Positions 35,948 to 46,207 are shown, counted from the first letter of the stretch. The stretch is 64,000 bases of DNA from a virus (IMGVR_UViG_2509276065_000002:1-64000), one strand, 5' to 3'. Translations and numbers: made by a program. The notes: generated by a model not told the origin, from the letters alone.

Positions 35948-36006
35948 ACTCGCTGAGACACTGTTTTTCTATTCCGGGGTGTTCCTGGGAGTGGGGTTTT
36001 TAGGGG

Positions 36007-36085
36007 TGTTGCCAAGGGACGGCAACATTTTTTTGTTGCGTGTTCCGGGGGTTTTTCGGGTGGCTTGCCGTCACTGTTGCCGTCA
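36007..36085. repeat. Integrase arm-type-like repeats
   Basis: TTGCCGTCA twice (36065, 36077) plus TGTTGCC/GGCAACA inverted pair. Confidence 0.55.
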
Positions 36086-36230
36086 TGGAGTGGATTGTTT
36101 TTCGCGCAGTTCGAGCTCCAAGTCGAGCGCTTCGGCCAGGCGGTCGAGCAGGTCGAGCGGCAGGGGACTGCGGCCGGTGAGCACGTGGTTGAGATAGGTG
36201 CGGCTGAGGCCGAGCTGCCGGAAACGCCCT
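36083..36230 (-). pseudogene. 5'-truncated XRE HTH gene
   Basis: LGLSRTYLNHVLTGRS...LAEALDLEL without a credible N-terminus. Confidence 0.55.
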
Positions 36231-36394
36231 CTACCAGATCGCCAGCAGCCGCTGACCAACAAAACAACGCCCCCACCCGCGACTGGTGGGGGCGTTGTTT
36301 TGGGTGACACGTCAGTCGGCTCGCGCCTCAGTGCCTCGCTTTAAGCCGTTTTGCTTACTTGTATCGGGTGCCTCCGATATCGCACGATTACGCT

Positions 36395-36706
36395 ATGAGC
36401 AAAAAAATCACTGTCAAATTCATGATCAGCCAGCCCATCCCCGAGCGAGACAGCAAAGGCAAACCCAAGCCCGGCCCTCGGCTCGACACGGACGCCATGA
36501 TTGCCAGTGTGCAGGAGCAACTCACCCCGATGATCCACAAGAAGTGGCCGGGCGTCGAGGTGGTTGTCGTCGAATCCAAGACGATCGACGTGCGCGTCGA
36601 CGGACAGTGGCCTATGAAAACCAGCGAGGTGCGCGCGCACGTCAACAGCTGTATTGACCTGCTGATGGAAGACTTCGACGCCGAGCCGTTCCTCACGCTG
36701 CCCTGA
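36395..36706 (+). CDS. Hypothetical protein
   Basis: ORF with host-like codon use. Confidence 0.7.
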   Translation: MSKKITVKFMISQPIPERDSKGKPKPGPRLDTDAMIASVQEQLTPMIHKKWPGVEVVVVESKTIDVRVDGQWPMKTSEVRAHVNSCIDLLMEDFDAEPFLTLP

Positions 36707-36708
36707 GT

Positions 36709-36984
36709 ATGAAGTTCTCGCCTTTGCTGCTGGTTCAGTACGACTGCAGTGCGCTCGAACCGGCTCAACGTGCCGAGGCTGAAGAGCAGCTGCGCGGTCT
36801 GGTCGAGCTGGTGTTCGGGCATGTCACGGTGCGTTTTGAGGAGCTGCCAGGCTACCTCACGCGGACGCAGGTGCGGATGTTGGGCCGCTGGGACGACCCG
36901 CGCATGACGGTATTCGATTCACTCGCTGCCTTGCTCAGCGAGTGGGAAGTGCTGGCCAGGAGAAGTGATCATGCTGCTTCTTGA
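36709..36984 (+). CDS. Hypothetical protein
   Basis: Adjacent to the previous gene. Confidence 0.6.
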   Translation: MKFSPLLLVQYDCSALEPAQRAEAEEQLRGLVELVFGHVTVRFEELPGYLTRTQVRMLGRWDDPRMTVFDSLAALLSEWEVLARRSDHAAS

Positions 36985-37106
36985 AGCCGGGATGCTGCTG
37001 CTGCTGGTCGGGGCAGCACGAGTGGTGGTGGTAAGCTCTCGGGTTTTGAAACGCGCGCGATCGCTTGACTCGTTGCGGCAGCGAGCAAGGAACCGCTGAC
37101 CGAACA

Positions 37107-37144
37107 GAAGTGCGGCCCCAGCAATTATTCTGGGGCCGCACTTC
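37107..37144. terminator. Long hairpin between convergent genes
   Basis: GAAGTGCGGCCCCAG/CTGGGGCCGCACTTC inverted repeat. Confidence 0.65.
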
Positions 37145-37162
37145 TGCACGTCTGTTCTTCGA

Positions 37163-37348
37163 CTAGCGCTCGACCTTGCGCCTGAGATGCTCGGATCCGG
37201 GAGTAAGTGTTTCAGTGATTTGCGGCTTCTCTGCTGCAGCGAAGGCTTGAGGCGCCATGGCCCTCAGCCAATCGCGTTGACGTTTCGCGCCCTCAGGGTC
37301 GCGCTCAATGCGCCAATCGCGAATGACTTTCGTTGGCTCGGAAGACAT
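37163..37348 (-). CDS. Small hypothetical protein
   Basis: 61-aa ORF; TAAACT five nt before ATG. Confidence 0.45.
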   Translation of the reverse strand: MSSEPTKVIRDWRIERDPEGAKRQRDWLRAMAPQAFAAAEKPQITETLTPGSEHLRRKVER

Positions 37349-37491
37349 GACCCAGTTTACTTCTCGTTGGGTCGGATGATGATTTCCCGATTGAACGCAT
37401 CGAGTACTTCAGCTGTTTCAGCTGGTTAACTTCTCGGGAAAAGCCTGCTGCAGGGGCACATTCAGGTCGCGCATGGGATTCACGCCCTGTG

Positions 37492-37725
37492 TCACTGCTT
37501 GTCTCCCTTCGGAATGAGTTGAATGCTGACACCCAGAAAGTCCAAAAGGTCTTTGCCGGTTTCGGTGAGCAAGGATTTTTTGCCACTGAAGTACGGGTTT
37601 ACCGCTTGCCTACTTGTCTCTTGATGAGCGGCGAAGTCAGCTTGCGTCTTCCCACTTTGGCGCATGACCTGTTTGATTTGCTCGAGCAATTCCTGTTCGA
37701 TAGTCCTCACCTCCTTACAGTACAA
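37492..37725 (-). CDS. Small HTH repressor
   Basis: IKQVMRQSGKTQADFA...SRQAVNPYFSGK; start codon uncertain. Confidence 0.75.
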   Translation of the reverse strand: MYCKEVRTIEQELLEQIKQVMRQSGKTQADFAAHQETSRQAVNPYFSGKKSLLTETGKDLLDFLGVSIQLIPKGDKQ

Positions 37726-37727
37726 GA

Positions 37728-37770
37728 GTAAACCTCACGGATTGACAAGTCAACCCCAAAGGTTTACAAT
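37728..37770 (+). promoter_or_regulatory. Near-consensus sigma70 promoter with two overlapping 19-bp operators
   Basis: TTGACA(37742)-N17-TACAAT(37765); imperfect palindromes at 37728-37746 and 37749-37767. Confidence 0.8.
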
Positions 37771-37846
37771 ACAGGCATCAAAGAAGGCGCGCCTCTCCGC
37801 AAAGATCAACGCGCCTTCTTTGAAATCCCCTCTCCCGGAGAGAACT

Positions 37847-38149
37847 ATGGACGATCTTAGCACCCCCTACATCAAACAGCCCCGCCCCGGGGTCATCTTC
37901 GAGCGCAGCAACCAGGGCGAACAGGTCATCCTCAACAGCGACCTGACCGTCACGATCGTCAAGGACGGCGAGAGCCGCGTCACCGTCCCCAGCTTCGAGC
38001 AGTGGGACACCTGGGCCGTCGACGCATTCGACGCCATGGTGGGCATCGCGCCCCACATCAAGCTCGGTGAAGTGGGCCTGCGTATGGGTGAGAACTACGA
38101 AGTGCGCATCATGGCCGCCCGCAACTGCCGCAGCGACTACGCCGCCTGA
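37847..38149 (+). CDS. Hypothetical protein
   Basis: GGAGA RBS; first gene after the promoter. Confidence 0.7.
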   Translation: MDDLSTPYIKQPRPGVIFERSNQGEQVILNSDLTVTIVKDGESRVTVPSFEQWDTWAVDAFDAMVGIAPHIKLGEVGLRMGENYEVRIMAARNCRSDYAA

Positions 38150-38199
38150 GACGCCACGCGGGGGCTTCGGCCCCCACTCTCCCCCACCTGGAGCGCACC

Positions 38200-38535
38200 A
38201 TGAACCTGACCGAAACGACCATCGAACACACCACCGCCAAAGTGAAGCAAGCCCGCGTGCGCCTGCACGCCGCGATCGACAACGAAGCTGACAAGCGTCT
38301 CACGCTCGAATACCACGAGGCAGAGAAGCTGCTGGAAGGCGTACCTGGCAAGAACGAGAGCGAACGCCAGGCCCGGCTGCTGGTCGACCTGCACGAAGAT
38401 CACGAAGCCCTCGAAGAGGCCGAGCAGGAAACACGCGCAGCGCGGCTCGACTTCGACCTCGCCGTGGCTGACCTCGACGCGCTTAAACTGGCCCTGCGCC
38501 TGCGCGAAAGCTCCGTGAAGGAAGGAACCGCGTGA
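38200..38535 (+). CDS. Coiled-coil hypothetical protein
   Basis: GGAG RBS; GKNESERQARL motif. Confidence 0.75.
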   Translation: MNLTETTIEHTTAKVKQARVRLHAAIDNEADKRLTLEYHEAEKLLEGVPGKNESERQARLLVDLHEDHEALEEAEQETRAARLDFDLAVADLDALKLALRLRESSVKEGTA

Positions 38536-38894
38536 AGATCAGCAAGGAGCAGGTCGCCGCAGGTCGGGCAGTTGCGGTGGAGGTCGTGGGCGAGGCGCGC
38601 GTCGCAAAGCTCGAAAAGGCTGGCCTCGTGATCGTGCGGCGCGCTGACGTGGGCGCCCGGCAGGGGCAGGCTCAGGTGTTGGAGGGTGTGCAGCTGCGCC
38701 TTCCTGACCCTTGGGTGGAACCCTGGGAGGTCGTCGTGGTGCATGGTACTCAGGTGCTGGAAGTGCTGGTGGAACCTTCGGCGATGCCGGCCGTGCGTGA
38801 AGCGGCGATGCTCGCGCGGGTGATGGGTCACATAGTAAGCGTCGAGGTGCGGGATGACGAGGTGCTGACGCACGTTTGGACGGTGGAAGCGTGA
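38532..38894 (+). CDS. Hypothetical protein
   Basis: GTGA-coupled. Confidence 0.65.
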   Translation: MKISKEQVAAGRAVAVEVVGEARVAKLEKAGLVIVRRADVGARQGQAQVLEGVQLRLPDPWVEPWEVVVVHGTQVLEVLVEPSAMPAVREAAMLARVMGHIVSVEVRDDEVLTHVWTVEA

Positions 38895-39216
38895 CGCGCC
38901 TGATCATCCTGCACCCGGATGGGCGACGGGAGGAACGTCCCTGGCCTAAGGAGGACGACGCGCTGCTCGCCGTGTTAAAGGATCCGTGGGCGGTTATGTC
39001 GAGTACGTCTCCCCGGCCTGGCATGCACTGACGAACTGGGACGTGTATGTGAACGAGGAGGGCCTCGATGTGCTGCCTCACAACGTGGTGGGAACGCGGC
39101 TGGCCAAGCTGGATCTGCGGATGTACGCGCCGTGGTGTGGGCCTGTGGTTCTGGCCTCACGGGTGGGGAGTTCGGCAGAAGAGCGCGAGCGGGCGCAGGA
39201 GCTTTTGTGCCGCTGA
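38891..39216 (+). pseudogene. DUF3846-like gene with a frameshift near 38985
   Basis: N-terminal VTRLIILHPDG in one frame, VGGYVEYV...YVNEEG...N...GPVVL in another. Confidence 0.6.
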
Positions 39217-39366
39217 CCTGCCGCACCGTCAGCCTGCTCGTCAAACTTGTACTTCTCAGCTCATTCTGCTGACAACTCTTACGTCTCTTTGGTGAAGAAT
39301 AGATTACTATTCCCTTATGTCAGGCATAGTCTCCCAGCTGGCTTTCTGGTCCTCTGGTCAGCCGTC

Positions 39367-39801
39367 ATGAAGCGCGCACCCATGATGCTGCTCATCGAGG
39401 ACGATCCAAATGATGTCTTCATGGCTACGCTCGCCTTCGAAGCCACCGGCCTCGATCAGGAAGTGGCCATCACCAATGACGGAAGAGACGCGCTCGATTT
39501 CCTTTACCGCGCTGGCCGTCACGCCGAGCGACCTGTGGGCTTCCCCCAGCTGATCCTGACGGACCTGAACATGCCTCGAATGAATGGCCTGGAGCTGTTG
39601 AAAGCCATCAAGCACGACGAAACCCTGGCCCACATCCCTGTCGTGATTTTCACCACCTCAGATGCAGAGCGGGACCGTGAAGCTTGTGCCGCGCTCGGCG
39701 CCGAAGATTACCTGGTCAAGCCGGGGGACTTTCAGGATTTCGTCAGCCTGGTCGGGAACCTGACCAGCCGCTGGCTTCAGTCAGACAGCCTGGCCATGTA
39801 A
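39367..39801 (+). CDS. Single-domain response regulator
   Basis: LLIEDD, LTDLNMPRMNGLELL, IPVVIFTTS, YLVKP. Confidence 0.93.
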   Translation: MKRAPMMLLIEDDPNDVFMATLAFEATGLDQEVAITNDGRDALDFLYRAGRHAERPVGFPQLILTDLNMPRMNGLELLKAIKHDETLAHIPVVIFTTSDAERDREACAALGAEDYLVKPGDFQDFVSLVGNLTSRWLQSDSLAM

Positions 39802-39834
39802 GTACGGGCGACGCAAGCGTCAACGCTCCACGCT

Positions 39835-41250
39835 TCACTTGGGCCAGGTGAAGTGAAACGTGCTGCCGCTCCCCAACGTCGATTCCACCCACAAGCGACC
39901 GCCTGCCCGCTCCACGATTTTCTTGCAGATGGCCAGTCCCAGACCACTGCCCTCGAAGCGCAGGGTGGTGTGCAACCGCTCCATCATCCCAAAGACCCGC
40001 TCGGCGTACTGCTGATCAAAGCCAATGCCGTTATCCTCGACCACGAACTGCCAGGCCTCAGTGTCATGGGTGACCCGCACCTCGATCACCGGCGCGACGT
40101 CGTGACGCCGGAACTTCAGCGCGTTCCCGATCAGATGCCGCCACAACTGCAAAAATTCAACACTGTCCGCATGCACCATGGGTAACGGCGCGATGGTCAC
40201 CGTGGCGTTGGTGGCCGCGATCAACGGGGCATACTCACCGATGACCTGCGTCACGATCAAGTTGGCGTCCGCATCCCCCCGATGCGGTTCGGCCGCCCCG
40301 AGGCGCGCGAACTCCAGCAGGTCATGGACCAGCTCGCGTTCACGTTTCAGGGCGTCCTGAATCACCTCGAGGTACTGCCGTCCCTGATCATCGAGCGCTT
40401 CGGCGTAACGGTGGTGGAACAGCGAAGCATACATCCCGATGGTCCTGAGCGGTTCCTGCAGGTCATGCGCGGCTGCCCGCGCGAAGCCTTCGAGGTCGCG
40501 GTTGTTGCTGAGACGTTCCTCGCGTGACCTCGCCAGGGACGCCGCGATGTGGTTCAAGCTGCGGGCCAGGGCGACACCTTCGACCATCCGCGGTTCAGGC
40601 ACGGTCTCCCCCAGGTGACCCAAGGCCAGGCGAGCGGCCGCGTCGGTCAGGTCACTGAACATGCTTTCGAGGTCCAGCCTGGCGATCTCTTCCACGGTAT
40701 GCTGCACGGCCAGGCTGAGGGACGCCACGGGTTCGGCCACCTGCTCCATCTCGTTGTCCTGGAGGGCCGTGTGAACCTTATCCCCAATGCGCTCGAGCTC
40801 CGCGACCTGCTGGGCTGAGCTGGTGTTGTCCTGTGCCTCGGCGATCAATTGTTCGAGGTTGGCGAGCTGTTCGTGGGCGGTATCGCTGATGCCTTGCAGG
40901 ACTTGCGCGCTGATGTGCTCAACGGGCGTGGTGGTCACTTTGCGCAGCGCTGCCCCCACTACGCCCTCCAGGTGCGCCACAGCGGCCAGTTGTCTGCGCG
41001 CGGTGTCCATCAAAGTCTGCACTTCTGCCGTTGATCTCGTGGGATCCTGCCGCCGTAATGACTCGGCCACCTGCCGCAGGGCGACGGTGATGTCCGCCTG
41101 ACCTCGTCCGATGGTGATGATGCGCTCCAGTGCCGAACTCTGTTCCGCTCCGGCGGCGCCGATGTGACGCCGCGCCTCACTTGCCCCTTCCCGATCGAAG
41201 TTCGCGCTGTCATTGTGCGAGAGCGAAGAGGGTAGAGTGTCGTCGGTCAT
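39835..41250 (-). CDS. Soluble sensor histidine kinase
   Basis: AHDLQEPLR (H box), NALKF, DNGIG, GSGLGLAIC; TATACT six nt before ATG 41250. Confidence 0.92.
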   Translation of the reverse strand: MTDDTLPSSLSHNDSANFDREGASEARRHIGAAGAEQSSALERIITIGRGQADITVALRQVAESLRRQDPTRSTAEVQTLMDTARRQLAAVAHLEGVVGAALRKVTTTPVEHISAQVLQGISDTAHEQLANLEQLIAEAQDNTSSAQQVAELERIGDKVHTALQDNEMEQVAEPVASLSLAVQHTVEEIARLDLESMFSDLTDAAARLALGHLGETVPEPRMVEGVALARSLNHIAASLARSREERLSNNRDLEGFARAAAHDLQEPLRTIGMYASLFHHRYAEALDDQGRQYLEVIQDALKRERELVHDLLEFARLGAAEPHRGDADANLIVTQVIGEYAPLIAATNATVTIAPLPMVHADSVEFLQLWRHLIGNALKFRRHDVAPVIEVRVTHDTEAWQFVVEDNGIGFDQQYAERVFGMMERLHTTLRFEGSGLGLAICKKIVERAGGRLWVESTLGSGSTFHFTWPK

Positions 41251-41445
41251 CTGGGAAGTATAAAACCGAGCAGAGTTAAAACCGTGCGGGACGGCCATCC
41301 ATCGTCGTGGAGCCGCTGAGCGAACGGGATCAGCACTTCCGGGTTTGTCCATAAACCAGGGACAACGGTGCACTTCACCCATACTTAAGCTTCACCTCGC
41401 AGGGAGCGCCGGTATTGCCGTTCGTTCATTGACCTACTGTGAGGA

Positions 41446-41712
41446 ATGAAATCAAAATTTCGAGCGACTGAATTCAATTGGATGGCGGCGTTGAGTGCAC
41501 CTGAGAAAATTCGCTTGAATGAACTGGTCAGAATGGGTTGTCGGGTGCGAGCGTCCCACCATGATGGAGATGTCATCCGCGTTTCGGTTCGGTTCCGAGA
41601 GAACCTGGTGGCCGAAAGTTCTGGGTCTCAGCTCGATCAGGTGTTCGGCGAAGCGTGCGCTCACACGCAACAAGCCATGTTCGGTATGGCTGCCACCTCA
41701 CTCCGAGGCTGA
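41446..41712 (+). CDS. Small hypothetical protein (paralog family A)
   Basis: Aligns with the products at 45935 and 51688; TACTGT five nt before ATG. Confidence 0.65.
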   Translation: MKSKFRATEFNWMAALSAPEKIRLNELVRMGCRVRASHHDGDVIRVSVRFRENLVAESSGSQLDQVFGEACAHTQQAMFGMAATSLRG

Positions 41713-41980
41713 ATCAGGCACATCAAACCAGCAGCCAGAGCCAGGTTGGGAGGAGTGCGCGACTCCGCCTGATGGAGCGCGTCAACCAATGCCTGCCGCA
41801 GCAAGGTCTAGACCAAAAGATCCTGTCGGCAACATCGGCGCGCTGTATTCCAGTTCGGTGCGCAAGACAAACCGGCTACTCTCACCGGTTCCGATGTTTC
41901 CTGTCAGCCGCCCGCGATTGACGCTGACGTCATTTAGGGCTCAGGCAGGCACGTCCAGAATGAGGCGTGCACGCTGCATT

Positions 41981-42472
41981 TCATCGTTCAGCTGGTGTGC
42001 GAAGCAGGTCAAAGACCAGCTGAGGTTCGACGGGTTTCACCAGGAACGCGTCCGCGTCGAGTTGCCTGACTCGCGGCATGTCCTGGTCAGCAGTGCTGGC
42101 CGTCATCACGAAGACCGGCAGGCTCTTGAGGTGCGGATCCTCGCGGAGGTGCTGCAGGAAGGTGAAGCCGTCCATGCGCGGCATATGCAGATCGAGGAGC
42201 ACCGCCGCTGGTCGTGGCTGGCTGGCATCCCGCAGGAAGGTCAGTCCGGCGTGGCCATCGTGCACGATATGCAACGTGCAGGGTTGGGCTATGTCCTGGA
42301 AAGCGAGCTCGGTGAGGAGGAGATCGTATTCGTTGTCGTCAATGACCAGCAGTTCGAGAATAGAGGCGCCTCTTTCCTGGGGTGATGGTGGTGTGGGAAA
42401 GCTGGCGTTCCGGGGTGTCCATGCTGGACGAACCTCGGGGAGCTGGTACGGAAGCTCTCCGAGGACCATCAT
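41981..42472 (-). CDS. Single-domain response regulator (start uncertain, possibly decayed)
   Basis: LVIDDN, LLDLHMPRMDGF, LPVFVMTAS, FLVKP. Confidence 0.75.
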   Translation of the reverse strand: MMVLGELPYQLPEVRPAWTPRNASFPTPPSPQERGASILELLVIDDNEYDLLLTELAFQDIAQPCTLHIVHDGHAGLTFLRDASQPRPAAVLLDLHMPRMDGFTFLQHLREDPHLKSLPVFVMTASTADQDMPRVRQLDADAFLVKPVEPQLVFDLLRTPAER

Positions 42473-42510
42473 TCGTAGGTGCCCTGCTGCTTCCGGTGCT
42501 GGCCAGGTGG

Positions 42511-42825
42511 TTACTGGCTGCTGAAGACTTCTCCGCCCCAGACTTGCGCGGGATCATCCCACTCTGCTTCGTGTCCCATCACGCCATCTTTGCGGGTGAA
42601 GCTGGTGAGCACGAAAAAGGCGGTGGGCATGCCTTCGAGCTTGTAATGCCCGCGCTGCGATGAGGCCTGACCCTCCAGGGTGGGCTTGCCCTGGACGAAG
42701 GTCACGACCACGGGGTCACCGGGGTGCAGATTCAGCACGCCCGTTTGCTCTACGTGGCCTTCGAAGCGGCGGTGCTCGTCGTGGGGTTCGCCGGACCAGC
42801 GGCCTTTGAGAATAAAGGTTGTCAT
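42511..42825 (-). CDS. Hypothetical protein
   Basis: AGGAGG RBS. Confidence 0.7.
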   Translation of the reverse strand: MTTFILKGRWSGEPHDEHRRFEGHVEQTGVLNLHPGDPVVVTFVQGKPTLEGQASSQRGHYKLEGMPTAFFVLTSFTRKDGVMGHEAEWDDPAQVWGGEVFSSQ

Positions 42826-43255
42826 GCGTGCCTCCTGATTTGGTGCGTCAGCGGGTGGGGCATTGGTGCACCGGCACCGCTGGTATGAAGAGGCGTCAAA
42901 AGAACTTTACTGGCTTCTTTTGTTACGTTCATCTTAAGGGTTATGAGCTTTGTCTAATGTTCGTCACTTGCCTTGTGAAGGTGTCACCAAGATTACGATC
43001 TGCTGGTAGCTGCTCCTGCTCGAAAGCCCAGCAGAAACAGCACTTTGCGGATTGTCCATAAACCAGGAATCTTGCGTATAGGCTCACAAGGCAACTGCGA
43101 TACGCATGCACCCCGCTGGATTGCGCTACCATAAAAAAACCAACACACATTGGTATACGTTCTTTTGACGCGCACTGGCGCTTCAAATACCGTTCACCGG
43201 ACCGGCCACTTCCTCAGGCGAGGTGGCCAGCGTCCATCCAAGGACGGAGGCAGGC

Positions 43256-43696
43256 ATGCACATCCACAACATCCCCGATTCCCTGTTCAAGCCGCATACC
43301 ATGACCGCCGCGTTCAACCGAAAGCAGGATGTCATCGCCTTGCGCGATACCCTCAGCGGCCTCGGCTTGAACGGCCGCCACATGCACGTCCTTCACGGCG
43401 CTTCGGGCCTGCTCACACTGAATGGCAGACGTGATGTCCGCAAGCAGACGCTGCTGGCTCGTCTGCTGAACTTCCTGCTGAGCCGAGTACAGCCGTCCGC
43501 TGACCTGCAAGGAATTGAGACTCTGCAGCAGGGAGGCTGGGTCGTACTGATCGACCTTCCGCAGGACCCCAGCGACCGGAGGCTGATTCAGGCAGCGTTC
43601 CACAGAGCGGGTGCGGTGGGCGTCACTGATCCTGATCGTCCGCTTCCCGAGGCACCACAGCCAAACATTCTTGGTGGGAGCGTTTCACCGGCCTGA
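43256..43696 (+). CDS. Hypothetical protein
   Basis: GGAGG RBS before ATG 43256. Confidence 0.65.
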   Translation: MHIHNIPDSLFKPHTMTAAFNRKQDVIALRDTLSGLGLNGRHMHVLHGASGLLTLNGRRDVRKQTLLARLLNFLLSRVQPSADLQGIETLQQGGWVVLIDLPQDPSDRRLIQAAFHRAGAVGVTDPDRPLPEAPQPNILGGSVSPA

Positions 43697-43961
43697 CCAT
43701 CAGGGAGAAATGACTGCAGTGGTATCTCAACAGCAAGGGATACGCTGCTGTCAATGGGCTCCCAATGATCTCAAGACGCGGAGACAACGCAAAAAACGCC
43801 CCGCTCACCGGTACAACGCCAGGAGCGGGGCGACTCAGGTCTGGGTTGTGGAATGGTCATGTCGGGCGGCACGAGCGTCTTGACGAACACCACCCCACCA
43901 CGGGTGTAGGCGGCGTCGACCACGACGTTCTTCCCATTAGAGGCGGTCCAGTAAAGGCCAT

Positions 43962-44285
43962 TCAAACCTTCTGCCAACCTTGACCCCATCCATTCAGCTG
44001 GACGACCGCAGCGTCCATGGTTACCCACGACAAGCACGATGCGGGCTCCATAACAATGCCGTCATCAACGAAGTCTCCTGCCCACTCGGGAACCCAGCAC
44101 AGCACCAATCGACCTGTGCTGCCTTCGGGATCGGGCGGTAAGGTCAGAAGCCACGTATCCCAGGGCGGCACATTATTGACGTCCAGGTACCCGTTGCTTG
44201 CCACCCACGCAGCACCATCAAACAGTGACGCCGCCGGGTCGCTCTTCTGCTGGGCCAGGTGACCCCCAGAACCGGAAATAGACAA
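43962..44285 (-). pseudogene. Fragment of a conserved hypothetical gene
   Basis: DGAA..S.GYLDVNNVPPWDTW...L.CWVP motif without a credible N-terminus. Confidence 0.4.
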
Positions 44286-44492
44286 CGCCGTTCAGGACAA
44301 CCAAAACCTAAAGGTGTCCTGTACCGAAGGCGCGATCTTTCCCGGCGTTCTTCGCTGATCCGTATGACATAAAGGGCAATGCAACAACTCCGGAAGACTG
44401 CCTGAAGGGCGAGCCGACCGTACGAAAAAAGTGACAGGCAGACTGAGGCATCAGGAGAAATCCCACATTCCTGGTTACAAAGGACCCTGCCC

Positions 44493-45167
44493 ATGCCGAA
44501 AACCATCCTCGTGATCGAGGACGACCCCGATATCCGCAACGTCGTCACCTATACCCTGCAGGACGCCGGGTACCATACCCTCACGGCAGACAACGGCATG
44601 AGCGGCCTGATCACCGCACGTGAACAGCACCCCGATCTGGTCCTGCTCGACCTGGGCCTGCCGGACTTCGATGGCAGCGAAGTCGCCCGCCGGCTGCGCA
44701 GCAACCATGACAACGTCCCCGTCATCGTGCTGTCCGCCATGGACAGCATCGACCGCAAACTCAACTTGCTCGACGATGGCGCCAACGATTACCTCACCAA
44801 ACCCTTCCTTCCAGAGGAACTGCTGGCCCGCATCAAAGTACAGTTGCGTCACCGGCAGGCTCCACCCTTGCAGCGCATCGGCCCACTGGCCATCTCGGTG
44901 GATCAGCGTCAGGCCAGCTGGAACGGCGTGGAAATTTTGCTTTCACCTAAAGAGTTCGAGCTGCTGGTGGCGCTGGCTCGCCAGCCAGGACGGGTGTACT
45001 CACGTGAGGAACTCGAACGGGATGTCTGGAGCAACTCACTGCAAACGGGGAGCAACACGGTGGATGTGCACTGCGCGAACTTGCGGGGGAAGTTCCGCGC
45101 GGTAGGCGCGAATCGTGTGGTGCGCACGGTGCGTGGCCTCGGGTACGCCCTGTACATCGACAGTTGA
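44493..45167 (+). CDS. OmpR-family response regulator
   Basis: Receiver domain plus winged helix (LSPKEFELL...VDVH..NLR.K...VRTVRGLGY). Confidence 0.95.
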   Translation: MPKTILVIEDDPDIRNVVTYTLQDAGYHTLTADNGMSGLITAREQHPDLVLLDLGLPDFDGSEVARRLRSNHDNVPVIVLSAMDSIDRKLNLLDDGANDYLTKPFLPEELLARIKVQLRHRQAPPLQRIGPLAISVDQRQASWNGVEILLSPKEFELLVALARQPGRVYSREELERDVWSNSLQTGSNTVDVHCANLRGKFRAVGANRVVRTVRGLGYALYIDS

Positions 45168-45623
45168 GCTGAAGCCTGGCGAACACCAGGAGTAGACAAA
45201 AAGATCCTGGCGGGCATTTTATGGTCAGCGCACTGCCTTTTGGATTGACCTTGGATCTGGTCCCGCCGAGGACCAGTAAAGCAGCTGGCCAGCTGCCACT
45301 GGACCTCAGGACGTGATCACCTCAGCGTCACGCCGTGCGCGCTCCACCGGAGTTGCCCGGATCGTGCCTTCAGGGCCTCGATCCGCTGTCGCTGGTCGTC
45401 ATCAAGTCACACTTTTCAGGGGAACGACCTGCTCGGGGCCAAGGGTAGACTGATGCACTCACGCCCAATGCGCACCTCAACTCTGGCATTGCGTCTTGCA
45501 CGCTGTAGAAAGCTGTGACAGCACTGATGAAGATAAGTTCACCCATTCAAGGTTACGACCCCAAAATTACGGACGACGGGTTCATCCGGATCACATGACG
45601 CGCACCCACGTATCCGAAACGCT

Positions 45624-45833
45624 GTGGTGGTGGAAGAGGTCTTCGCCACCCACCGTGCTGCCCGGCGTGCTGTCGCCGAAGCGCAGGTGCTCGTGATGCA
45701 AGCAGAGCGTGATGACCTGATGCCGCAGGTGCAAGAACTCCGCTTGCTGTTCATTACAGCGCCATGGCGGGCTGACTACCTTCGCGCCGTGCGCAGGATC
45801 GCGCTGGAATTCACCGCCCGTTTGAAGAACTGA
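45624..45833 (+). CDS. Hypothetical protein
   Basis: Helical ORF; start uncertain. Confidence 0.45.
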   Translation: MVVEEVFATHRAARRAVAEAQVLVMQAERDDLMPQVQELRLLFITAPWRADYLRAVRRIALEFTARLKN

Positions 45834-45934
45834 CCAGTCCATCACCCCATCACACCAAGCGCACCATGATGCCGGTAAAGCAACCCTTACGAAAGGCGTT
45901 GATCCACTTCAACCTCAAGCGGTTCACTGAGGAA

Positions 45935-46207
45935 ATGACGCCAACAGAACCGCCACTCGAACCGTGGGCTGAAGCGCTCAGTGAAGCCCAACGGGAGCAG
46001 TTGCAGTGGTTGCGCTTGCAGAAGTGCATCGTCACCACCACGGAAGCCGCCGAGGAACCCCTCGCAGGCTTGCCCGCTGGACTGCTGATCGAAGTGCACG
46101 TGGATCATCACATCGTCATCAAGGAACGCGGATCGAACGTTCCTGAGCTTTTCCGGCAGGTGTACGAAGCTGCGAAGCTCTTCTTGTCCTTTCCCGACCC
46201 GCAATAA
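45935..46207 (+). CDS. Small hypothetical protein (paralog family A)
   Basis: W..AL...Q..QLQWL....C.V motif. Confidence 0.7.
   Translation: MTPTEPPLEPWAEALSEAQREQLQWLRLQKCIVTTTEAAEEPLAGLPAGLLIEVHVDHHIVIKERGSNVPELFRQVYEAAKLFLSFPDPQ

Noticed and set aside
35903-35990. Intact tRNA-Arg gene
   Set aside because: No D-arm, 5' acceptor strand or 5' anticodon stem; only the 3' half is present
36985-37105. ncRNA in GCT/GGT triplet-rich intergenic DNA
   Set aside because: No recognisable family or convincing fold; may be a decayed coding remnant
42921-42960. Canonical RDRM (TTACG/TTATG half-sites)
   Set aside because: Right half-sites do not match at 17-bp spacing
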